Shown in pieces: positions 36,886-47,867 of a DNA stretch of 47,867 bases. The notes under the pieces are model-generated. The model did no database searches. It worked only from the letters and a program-made list of their open reading frames with translations, and had not been told where the DNA came from. The position numbers were made by a program, and so were the translations under genes. Location of the stretch: assembly GCF_006345805.1 (NCBI RefSeq), contig NW_021834507.1, forward strand, positions 1 through 47,867, in the 5' to 3' direction. The DNA comes from Octopus sinensis (Eukaryota). Numbering within the stretch: the first letter of the stretch is position 1; the number at the start of each line of letters is the position of its first letter.

Positions 36886-37726
36886 CATGCATACATACAT
36901 ATATATATATTATAGATAAATGGGAATTTATGTATTTCTGCGTGTTATCATCTTGTTGCCTATACTAGTCAAACAGTCTTCACGAAACTTTGCATACATG
37001 TTAAACTAACATCCAGTTCATATATAGGCTAATTAGATTTCAATAAAAATCGATACTGGGCCTCCTGCAGGGGTTGGGCTATAATATGATAAAATGAGAA
37101 TGGTGCAAAGAGTGTTAGGTTGAGGAAAATGTGGCGGCATAATGTGGGTGGCTGATATCAGGGAAGAGGAGGAGACAAGAAGAGACGGAGAGAGAGAAAG
37201 AGAGAACGAGAGACAGGTACAGAGCGGGAGAAAGAGAATATGTTTACTAAAGAGAACAGCGAATTTTAATACTCGGTTCTTTAATTTTTACCTCTCAATT
37301 AACGCATGCGCTTTAGTGAATTAACTATCGTCTGCTCAATCGAAACTTTTGCAATATGTCCAACAACAGATGTGAAGCTAACAAGTGAAAGGTAAAGTGT
37401 TTTTATATTTGTTTTCAGATCACCGTATTAAGATTTATGAAAACTTTAGCAACGTACTGAAACAATAAATCTATAGATAAGGTCTTGCATATTGTTCCAT
37501 AGCTAAAACTGTTTCATTCTTAACATAAATTGGAAAATAACACACAACTCAAACTAGAAGACCTAAGAACATAAAAACATTCAGAGTTGCTTCTTTACAG
37601 AGTTGCCCCTTCAATACTACTTATATGGAATTTTCCATCATCTCAAGATTCTAATGGCTCAGAAAAATATTCAATTCCATCTTCCAATTCTCAAAATAAC
37701 CATAGAACTTTCCACGGGCTACTTAC

Positions 37727-37767
<41 letters not shown>

Positions 37768-37788
37768 TATATATATACAATATAAAGG

Positions 37789-37829
<41 letters not shown>

Positions 37830-37913
37830 CATACATACATACATACATACATACATAATACATATATATATATATATATATATAAAGGTTCTATATATCC
37901 ATATATATATATA

Positions 37914-38289
37914 TCTCTCTATATAAACGGCAGTTTGTCTGTGCGTGTTTCTGTGTGTTGTTTGCTTGTACCCTCACTCTGACCACGGCTTTCAACCGAT
38001 TCTGATGAACTTGACACACACATAGCCCAATGTCAAATTCAAAACTAACGCAGCGAAAATTTTGAAAAGTTCCCCCAGTTCTGAAAAAATCGATAAATTC
38101 GACATGGGGTCGAGAATAAAAAAAAATAAACAAGACTGTCTAGGGGACGCAACTCAAACTTTTTTTACTCTCACAAAAAAAATTTACCATCATTTTTTTT
38201 CTTTTTTTTTGTATTTTGGCTATAACTTCTAAAAATGCTTTATAGTTATTTCCCTTACAAACCTGAGCAACGCCGGGCGATACTGCTAG
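37914..38289 (+). mobile_element. Non-autonomous Helitron
   Basis: Starts TC(TC)TATATAAACGGCAG; ends with GC-rich hairpin CCTGAGCAACGCCGGG then CTAG (38286-38289); sits between A and T with no TSD. Confidence 0.75.
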
Positions 38290-38431
38290 TATATATATAT
38301 ATATAGAACCTTTGTGTTCTGTTTTTAATTTTATTTGATATATTCTCTCTCACCTCTGCCACTATCTGGCATATACCGGTGCTTACACTTATCAAGTATT
38401 CACCCTAAATTTACAGTACCTATATATAGTA

Positions 38432-38460
38432 ACTATATAGCCCGTCGTTGTCGGGAAGTT
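38432..38460 (-). mobile_element. Possible second Helitron 3' end (antisense)
   Basis: Antisense CCCGACAACGACGGG hairpin followed by CTATATAGT. Confidence 0.35.
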
Positions 38461-39339
38461 TTTACAATAGAATGTCTCATATAAATTTTTATTTATTGCA
38501 TGTCAAACCATAACCTCTTCCTTAGGACAGATTTGTGCAATTTTTCGCATAAAACTTCGTTGACGATCTTTTTTCCTTTTAAAATTATTTACATATTTCT
38601 TCGACACTTTCACATGACTTTATTCATTAAAACATATTAAAACTTATTAAAACTTATTAAAACTTCGAAAGTTCATATAACTTTGGTCACCGTAATGCTT
38701 TGCCTTCGTTTGTTTAGTTCTCGTAATGATTTTGCTTTCATTTTGTGATAGAAAGCTATTATGCAGAAAATTCCAGCTTCCAAATTCTGTTTTCTGATTA
38801 GATAAAATTGATTAAACTTTTAAACCCCAGTAACATTTTACATGAATTATTCTGGAACAAATGAATAACAAAATCGGATTTAACGTGCAAAAATTATTTC
38901 AATATACCAAATTTGAAAATTTTGTCGTAATTTTAAATTTTCACAATGTGATAGCAACAGGGAAGACCCTACAAAATAGAGAGACGGATAGTTACTCGCA
39001 ACCACGCCACCTACAATACGTAGATTGTCTTAAATCGACGGGTTGGGCACCACGTTAACTGAACAAGAAACGGGTTAGGACATGAAACAGTGCAATGGTA
39101 AACGGGAACTGGGAATAAACCCCGCTTTCCCCGTATTACCGGTCAACTCATTTTACTTACATGCATATTTGTTCATTAAAATAATGCCATTCTTTCGTTA
39201 TAACCCGCACAGCTGTCAAACTTCAATCATACAGGACCACGTGATTGTTCGTTAATTTCCGTAAAAAGCTTTTATTTATTTGCTTTTGTATTAAAGTGAA
39301 AGAGAGGTGAAAGTGAAAAATGTATGTACGTGTATATTA

Positions 39340-40170
39340 AATGGCAGTGGGTGTGTTTGTGTGTGTGTGTGTATGTTTGTGTTTGTGTGTGTGGTATGCT
39401 TGTGTGTGTGTGTTTGTGTTTGTGTGCGTGTGTTTGTGTGTTTGTGTGTGTTTTTGTGTGTGTGTCTTTGTGTGTGTGTTTATGTGTGTGTGTGTGTGTG
39501 TCAGAGAATGAATAAAGGGATGTGTTGTCTTCAATACGTACATGCCTAAATACATATGCATACATCTTTTTTGTTTGTATGTGTGTGTGTATGAGACAAA
39601 GAGAGAGAGAGAGAGAGTGAGAGAGAGAGAGAGAGAGTGAGAGAGAGAGAGAGTGAGTGCCACTTAGACATTACTTTCGCTCTCTCTCTGTCTCGCACAC
39701 ACACACACACACACATACAAAAAAGATGTATGCATATGTATACATGTACGTACTTATACATGACAACACACGCCTTCACTCACTCTATCTCTGGGTGATT
39801 CGAAGTCTCGCAAGCTACACCATCATCCGACGATAGTTTAGCTGGCCGCAACTTCGAAGTGACTCTCAACAACATTCTTGTTTAAAAACAATAAATTTTT
39901 TCTCTACAAAACTATAGAGTGACCGATTAGATTACTTTAAGACTAATTTCATTGGAACTGAACATAAAAAAAACAAATGCATGTACGTCCGTCCGTCCCT
40001 CCGTACGTACATACGTATGTATGTATGTATGTATGTATGTATGTATGTATGTATGTATGTATGTATGTATGTATGTATGTATGTATGTATGTATGCATGC
40101 ATGCATGTATGTATGCATGTATGTATGTATTTATGTATGTATGTATGTATGTGTGTGTGTGTATATATGA
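39340..40170. repeat. (TG)n, (GA)n and (GTAT)n microsatellite field with short unique spacers
   Basis: Direct reading. Confidence 0.9.
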
Positions 40171-40734
40171 ATGATGGCTGTTCACTGGTGGCTGATGAAG
40201 AGGGTCACTGCCCATTGCCCATTTAAAATGACAGCAAAGTCTGTGCATACCATTATTGCACTCGCGATCAGCTTCATCTGGGCTTCCGCTCGACCGGGTG
40301 TAGGACTGGGAGAAGGAAACTCGCCGGCAATCGTGCAACCGAAAATTTTAGGTCCAAAAGCGCTTGAAAAATACCTGGTAGGCCCTCGCCACCCTACTGT
40401 CATGATTCAGAGACAAGCCAGTGTAAGATAGTCAGTGCCAATATGGGTCACAGGCTCAGGAATGTGGGAACTCGATGGTCTCGAGTGTAAGTAAAAGTCC
40501 TCCGAAATACCCATTGCCATTTCCTGCTTATCCGGTTTTATATCAGTGTGACCTTTTCCCCGAGACGTAGTTTAAACCTGAGGGGTACGTCAGTCCCAGT
40601 GGTCTTCCCGCATATCAGATACTATCCAGCTACTGAGCACAGAAACTCTGCTGTTGTCGACAGAATCCATCGAACTCAGTTAGGCACTTTACTGTATGCC
40701 GTCCCTAACGATTTGCATTTGAGCTGTATGAACA

Positions 40735-40779
40735 TATGCATACATACATACATACATACATACATACATACACACACAC

Positions 40780-40813
<34 letters not shown>

Positions 40814-40903
40814 ACATATCTATCCATCTATGTATGTATGTATGTATCTACAAAACTACCTACTTATCTACCTACCTACCTACCTACCTACTTACCTACC
40901 TAC

Positions 40904-40980
<77 letters not shown>

Positions 40981-41090
40981 AAGCGAATATATGCATATAC
41001 ATACATATATACATACATGCATACACATATACATACATACGTACCTATATATACATATGTATGTATGTATGTATGTATGTATATATGCAT
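40735..41090. repeat. Compound (CATA)/(TG)/(CCTA)/(CTAT) microsatellite
   Basis: Direct reading. Confidence 0.95.
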
Positions 41091-41673
41091 AAGAAAACAC
41101 GCGAAGAAAAAGGTTTATGAACGGGAAGAAAGAACCTCTACTAGGATCACCCATTCTTTTAACAGGTCTTGTTTTGAGTCCTGCTTTGGTTTCCCGCAAT
41201 CCTTCTCACCACAGAAGCATTGTGATCTAAGTGGAGATAACTACTCGGAAGTGCTTGCACCTTACAGTCTGGATAGGTGGCGCTCCGAGCTCATTCTAGG
41301 TGTATACACACCATTTGTCAGTAAACGAGATATATTTTCCGTGACAAAATGCAGTGAGTAGCTTGTTCACCGGTTCGAAAGTGCCTCAAGTATATTCGAA
41401 ATGATAATTACATAACATATTGAGTAAAGCTGTATGTAGAATACATCTTCTTCATTTTTCATAACCAAAATGCAGATTATAATTAGGGTTACGTATGAGA
41501 CAGAAAAGATTTTCTCTCTGAAGAAAAAACTCAATAATGCCATAAACATTACCTGTATTTATTATATATCAATATTTCTGGGTGTTTTTTTTACATGTAG
41601 AATGAAATACAAAAAAAATCTCGATTATAATAAATTACCTGCCCCGTATATTTTACAGGGTGATGTAGCAGCG

Positions 41674-41707
<34 letters not shown>

Positions 41708-42122
41708 ATATATATAATATGTTTGTATACGTATACGTATCTAAATTCATGCAAATAAAAATATGTATATATATTTTTATGTGCCCATAATGCATTATGT
41801 ATATAATGTCGATATGAAGGTATGAATTAAACATACAGTGTAAAAAGGTCGGGAAAATATTTTTCAATAATATATTTCAAGTAAAACTTGTCATGTGGCT
41901 AGGCCAACACATCCATCACTCGTTGACATTTTAATATTTTCGTTTCGCGGCTTAAGTGAAAAACTTGCTGACACGTTGAGGAGCAATGGATGATCTATTG
42001 ACAGACTGTCTAGAGAGAAGGTAGTTAACAGTTGTTGCTTGCGGTACGCATTATGTTCACGTAGAGAGTGTGGAGAGAGAGAGCGAATATGCATAGACAC
42101 ATACATACATACATACATATGG

Positions 42123-42176
<54 letters not shown>

Positions 42177-42377
42177 ATATATATATATATATATATATAT
42201 AAATGTATATATATATTGTATATATACGTGTATGTATGTAAGACCACACACGTACATATACACAGACACACAAACACACACACATACTACATACAAAGCA
42301 GCAAATATAATTACATAGTTTGACAAAAATACACTTATGCATTCATATACCCCTCTCTCTCTCTGTACGTACGTGTG

Positions 42378-42411
<34 letters not shown>

Positions 42412-42429
42412 GTGTGACCGCGTGTGTAT

Positions 42430-42608
42430 CGCTGGCGATTTTCTTTCTGTCTTCCCTCCTTTGAACTTTTTCTGTATTTCTGACGAAGAGCTCCGCTCGA
42501 AACATGAAATCCTCTTTCTTTTCCTTCCTTTCCTGAACATCCAATAACACAGTACTTATTCCACGTCCTCGCAGTTGTTTTTTCTTTCTTGTTATTTTTT
42601 GGTTTGAC

Positions 42609-42610
<2 letters not shown>
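42430..42610 (+). mobile_element. Penelope-like remnant with a hammerhead motif at 42476-42510
   Basis: ATTT-CTGACGA-A-GAGC/GCTC-GAAA-CATG-AAAT; homologous to 21476-21628. Confidence 0.55.
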
Positions 42611-42639
<29 letters not shown>

Positions 42640-42973
42640 CTATACACATACACACGCACATATGTATAGACATATGTGTGTACGTGTGTATGTATGTGTC
42701 GTCTGTGTGTGTGTGTATGGAGATATGAAGAGAGGATGAGATAAGCACACTCGAACTTGTGAAAAAGAAGGAAAACTAATCACGTGCTTCCAGAGCTAAT
42801 ATCTATTTGTGTGTGTACGTATATATTACATACATATATATTACATGCGCACATACACAAACATATACATTCACACATTCACACACACACACATATATAA
42901 TTATATGTAGATTCTATATATATTATATATGTATATATATATATATACATATATATGTCTATATACACACACA

Positions 42974-43074
<101 letters not shown>

Positions 43075-43490
43075 ATATATATATATGTATAATAAATAAA
43101 TATATATATAGTTAGATAGGCAGAAGACAGTTAAATAGATGGATAGATAGATACATAGAGTTACACATTACTTTTAGAAGTCGTGTTTAGTAATAAACTA
43201 TATTCTACCATCACCAATAATTATAACTGACGCTTGAAAATTGATTTCAGTTCTTAATCACAAATCTACAAAGTTTTTGATGTAATCTTGAGATCGAGAA
43301 ACTTTGTAAAAAATTTAAAATTTAATGAGCTTGTATTTTTTGAAAAATATGCACAATAACTTTCCAGTCTATCGTGTATGAAAGCATATTTATGTCCAAA
43401 GTTATCGACAGGCAAGAGACAGATAAAATCAGAAAAACTTCACAAATTCAACACTTTCTACGTTGGTTTCAGATTTTTGCACAAGGATAG

Positions 43491-43660
43491 CAATTTCGGG
43501 GGAGGGTTAACTCAATCACATCGATCTTAGTGATCAACTGGTGCTTATTTTATTGATCCCGAAAGGTTGAATTGCAAAGTGAGCCTCGGTGGAATTTGAG
43601 CTCACAATGCCGCCGAATATTTTATTCGGCGTGCTAACGATTCTGCCGGCTCGCCACCTT
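43491..43660 (-). mobile_element. Diverged SINE family 2
   Basis: Ends GCTAACGATTCTGCCGGCTCGCCACCTT (antisense head); core GATCCCGAAAGGTTGAA. Confidence 0.75.
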
Positions 43661-43796
43661 TCAACCCTTTATATCTTGAGATTAAGAATTACTTATTTTT
43701 TAGACAAAGGCTACAATATCTTAATTACCATCCGCTGTGGCCTGTTTTGCAGCAGATACTGTTTAACACTGTTTCTACGTACTTTGACGTCGTTTG

Positions 43797-43835
<39 letters not shown>

Positions 43836-43934
43836 TATATATGTATATATAATATATATATATAGATATGTATTTATATGTATATATACGTAATATACTT
43901 ATATATCTATATATAGATAGTGAGAATTTACAAA

Positions 43935-44075
43935 AAAACAAAACAAACAAACAAACAAAAGACGGGTGTATATAGTTTAACGCTCTCGGGAAGTGAGAAA
44001 ATATTTACGTTTCGAGCCTAAGCTCTTCGACAGAAAAGAACACAGAAATAAACAGGGAGAGAAAATAGAGAGAAA
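43935..44075 (-). mobile_element. Penelope-like remnant homologous to 16935-17075
   Basis: TAGTTTAACGCTC...GGGAAGTGAGAAA...TTACGTTTCGAGCCTAAGCTCTTCGACAGAAA. Confidence 0.55.
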
Positions 44076-44103
44076 ATAGCGATATGTATATACATACGTA
44101 TAT

Positions 44104-44138
<35 letters not shown>

Positions 44139-44160
44139 CATATGTATGTGTGTGTTTACG

Positions 44161-44197
<37 letters not shown>

Positions 44198-44539
44198 TAT
44201 ATGTGTGTGTGCATATGTATATATAGAGATAATAGTAGTGTAGTATTAGTATTAGTAGTAGTAGTAGCAGTGGTAGTGGTAGTAGTAGTAGTAGTATGTA
44301 AGCAAGCACTCTAAAAGAACGTCGCTGCATCGACCATTTGTTGATGATTCCCTGCTACTGCTCGCAGATGACACCTTTGCACCACTCAGTGACAACCCTC
44401 CAACACATGGGTCTGTTTGGGTAGTTCGTTGTGGGTGAGGTTTTTAAGAGGGCGGAGTGCAAATTCTTTGCAACTAATTTTAACCGCCATTTACGACACG
44501 CACATGGAGAACGTTGCGTCGGTCTTTGGCATGCCGTAC

Positions 44540-44665
44540 CCCACCACACAGCATTAGAGCAACGTAAAATGTTGCGCTTCAATTAAGGACAAAACACGCC
44601 ACCCGATCCAGGAAACGAACCCACGATCTAGCGATCGTGTATGCAGCAACATAACGACAAGACTA
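44540..44665 (-). mobile_element. Diverged tRNA/CORE-type SINE head
   Basis: Antisense GGGTTCGTTTCC B-box-like and GTGTTTTGTCCTT...ACATTTTACGTTGCTCT. Confidence 0.45.
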
Positions 44666-45014
44666 CACACACACACATGCACACATATTTCTACACATAT
44701 ATTATATGCATGTGTACATACATACATTGATTATACTAAATTATATACACACACACAATTGTATATATATTATATATATTATATCAAATATATAAATATA
44801 TTATATGTATATATATGTATATGTATCTGTATATATATATATAGTATATATATAATATATATATATGTATGTATGTATGTATGTATTCAAGAGCGCAATT
44901 GAGCGCATACACACACATTATATATATATATATAATATGTATATTATATATATATATATGAATATATGTACGTGTATATATTTTTATGTATATGTATATA
45001 TATGTAAGGTAGTA

Positions 45015-45054
<40 letters not shown>

Positions 45055-45717
45055 ATGTTCAGGAGCGCAATTGTAAATGACAGTATACATTGATATAACG
45101 ATGTTTCGACGGTTCTTATAACCCTTCATAAGCACAACATCTCGTTTGATGGATATCTTTTCGTTGTTATTTCCTTTCTTCATAATGGATGCCATTCTTT
45201 GCATCTTTATTTCTTTACAATATCTCGCCAAGCTCTTAATATCTTTCAAGATTTAATTCTTTTTCTTATAGAAACCTCAATTTTGATGGTTGCAATATAT
45301 TTAGAATTTCCCTCGATTCTGCATTAACAACCAGATAGCTATCAATCCTTGTCTGCGATCGTTATTTTGGTTGTCTTATCATCGAAAGTATTGACCTATA
45401 ATAATTTTGGATTAAATATTTCAGTCATTTATGATTCTTGCAGACGATGGTGCTACTGGAATATTTTGTTGATTCAAGAAAATACTACACCAGCGAAATT
45501 TTAGTGTTTAACATCTTCCATAGTTGCGAACACAAATAATAAATTTTATCAAGATCACTTGACTTGGCTTCTTGGGTAAATATCTTGAAAGGTAGTCTTG
45601 GGTTGATCGAAGCCTTGTGAGTGAAGCTGCGTAGACGGAATGTATGGAAGCCTGTCGGATAAAATGCCTTCCTAATTGAAATGCCCAGCTTGCCTTTGCA
45701 GTGTTCTACGATTTAGC

Positions 45718-45945
45718 CTTACTCTTTTACTCTTTCACTTGTTTCAGTCATTTAACTGCGGCCATGCTGGAGCACCGCCTTTTAGTCGAACAAATCGACC
45801 ACAGGATTTATTCTTTGTAAGCTTTGTACTTATTCTATCGGTCTCTTTTACTGAACAGTTTAGTTATGGGGACATAAACACACCAACATCGGTTTTGCAA
45901 CGATGGTGTGCATGTGGGGGACAAACACAGACGCAAAGACATAAA
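45718..45945 (-). mobile_element. SINE family 1, 3' half
   Basis: TTACTCTTTTACTC...GCGGCCATGCTGGAGCACCGCC...GGGGACAAACACAGAC. Confidence 0.85.
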
Positions 45946-46090
45946 AAAGAAAAGAATACACAACCTCCTGTCTCAATAAACCACTGTTGTCCCTGAAATT
46001 TGTTTTTTTAATATTTATTACGGATTGTTTGAAGCTAACTTTCTTCCTAGACCCCGATCCTTGGATCTTAAATTTATAGATATGTACATA

Positions 46091-46180
<90 letters not shown>

Positions 46181-46183
<3 letters not shown>

Positions 46184-46957
46184 TATTTAACAATTAAGGA
46201 TAACTTCTTAATAAGGAATCTTAACAAGAAATTATCAGGTAGATAGCGTGAAAAACCTCATAAGAGAAAAATTTCGAAAATAGTTCTTTTTATTGAACAT
46301 ATTAATTTATATATAGAGGGATTCTTATACATACATGCCACACGCTAAGAGGGACATTAGTCATTTCTACCAAAAATTTTACTAATCATACCCAATGCAA
46401 TTTTCAAAGCAAGACATTTAAAAAATGAATTTAGTCTTGTATCCTGTGATTTTCGCTTACTTACCGCAGTTGCGACCGTACTCATCAGCAAGACTGATTC
46501 TGAACATATCCATAATAATTTTTCTCTTATGAGGTTTTCACGCTATCTACCTGATAATCTTGTTAAGATTCCTTATTAAGAAGTTATCCTTAATTGTTAA
46601 ATAATTTTATTCCGAAAAAACTTTTCCTATCCGAAATGCAATTCGAAGAAGCCTGCCATTTACCGGATGTATTATATGTAAACTTCCCCATGTGCTTCGT
46701 TGGAGTGGAACAGATGGCTGTTCGGCTTTGGCGGTACAGGTCGTTTATTTATGATATGTTCAAAATCAGTCTTGCTGATGAGTACGGTCGCAACTGCGGT
46801 AAGTACGAAATCACAGGTGATACAAGACTAAATTCATTTTTTAAATGTTTTGCTTTGAGAAATTGCATTGGGTATGATTAGTAAAATTTTGGTAGAATGA
46901 CTAATGTCCCTCTTAGAGTGTGGCATGTATGTATAAGAATGCCCTCTATATATAAAT
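46181..46957. repeat. Interleaved inverted repeats A-B-A'-B'
   Basis: A 46181-46273 pairs with 46517-46606; B about 46305-46514 pairs with about 46750-46957. Confidence 0.9.
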
Positions 46958-46995
46958 ATATATATTATAACCATAATATATATATACTTATATAT

Positions 46996-47028
<33 letters not shown>

Positions 47029-47374
47029 TATAAATATATTCATATATTATAAATATATAACATATATTAACAGGATTTTCTTGATCATAGATGTTAGAAT
47101 TAATACCATCCCCTGGCCTTGACTGCCATAACTGAAATAAATATTCGTTCCAAAGGTGTTTGGTTGAAGATAACATCCTTCCTCGTACCAGTTACGTTCA
47201 TTCCTGCAGAGGAGACATGAGCGCTCGTCTTTCTCTCCCAAATGAGCCATTAAGCAAAAAGGAAACTAGTGTTGTTGAACAATGATTATCTTTACCTTGT
47301 CTATGTTCACAAGATACTGTTAATTCTGACTAAGTTCATGTTCAGGAATATCAGGACCAGGCGTGTAGTCGAAT

Positions 47375-47450
47375 TAATCAACGCCAATAACTTCAATGGG
47401 TTTACTTTATCAAACACGGAAGGATGAAAAGCAAAGTCTAGTTCGGTAGT
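47375..47450 (-). mobile_element. Diverged SINE family 2 core
   Basis: TTTATCAAACACGGAAGGATGAAAAGCAAAGTC. Confidence 0.5.
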
Positions 47451-47867
47451 ATTTGTATGATTGCTGAAATAATTTGTACAAAACCGCAGAATATAAACAT
47501 CAAATAAGAACAAAATGAAAGAGTTAAGTAAGAATAATTATCATATATGATTACAGATGAAGAAAATAGAGAACGAATTGCCTCGCTGTGCTTCCAACCT
47601 TCATTTTATTTTTTGTTGAATCATTCAATTTGTCTACATTTATTTCTTACAATTTTTTCGTTTCCCTTTCGTTAAAACTAACCCAAAAATATTCCGTAAA
47701 CAGAAATGTAAACATCAAGCAAATTTATTTTTGTCTCCAACACTTGAAAAGTCTTCATACACTTACAGCATTACAAAGTGCCCGCAGAAAGTGGGCTGCG
47801 CCGAACCCAATCTTTGTCGCAGGCGTGGCTGTTGCAGGAGTAGCTTGCTCCCGCTACAGAGCTCCAG

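Noticed and set aside
45090-45560. Possible Penelope GIY-YIG remnant with a CTTATGA...GAAA motif
   Set aside because: No convincing endonuclease residues, and the core lacks G5 with poor stems.
47817-47867. Possible SINE head at the window edge
   Set aside because: Too short and diverged to assign.

Overview
Eukaryotic, AT-rich, microsatellite-saturated non-coding DNA. The SINE families and simple-repeat load resemble an octopus (cephalopod) genome; this is inferred from pattern recognition, not a database search. No intact protein-coding gene, RNA gene or CRISPR array can be supported, and almost all ORFs in the track are translations of simple repeats. The window is a mosaic of several tRNA-derived SINE families, R4/Dong-type non-LTR retrotransposon fragments stacked in (TAA)n microsatellites, RTE 3' fragments, Penelope-like remnants with minimal hammerhead-ribozyme motifs, a decayed mariner transposase and a non-autonomous Helitron. 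The most notable structures are: (i) two polarised TAA nests of target-specific retroelements, including an RT/foreign-tail chimera and a 5'-inverted copy; (ii) a hammerhead motif in the loop of a 55-bp-arm hairpin; (iii) interleaved inverted repeats at 46.2-47.0 kb; (iv) a perfect 57-bp inverted repeat 2.3 kb apart. A few unique islands could hold host exons or decayed coding sequence but remain unidentified. Coordinates were read by eye; element ends may be off by a few bases.
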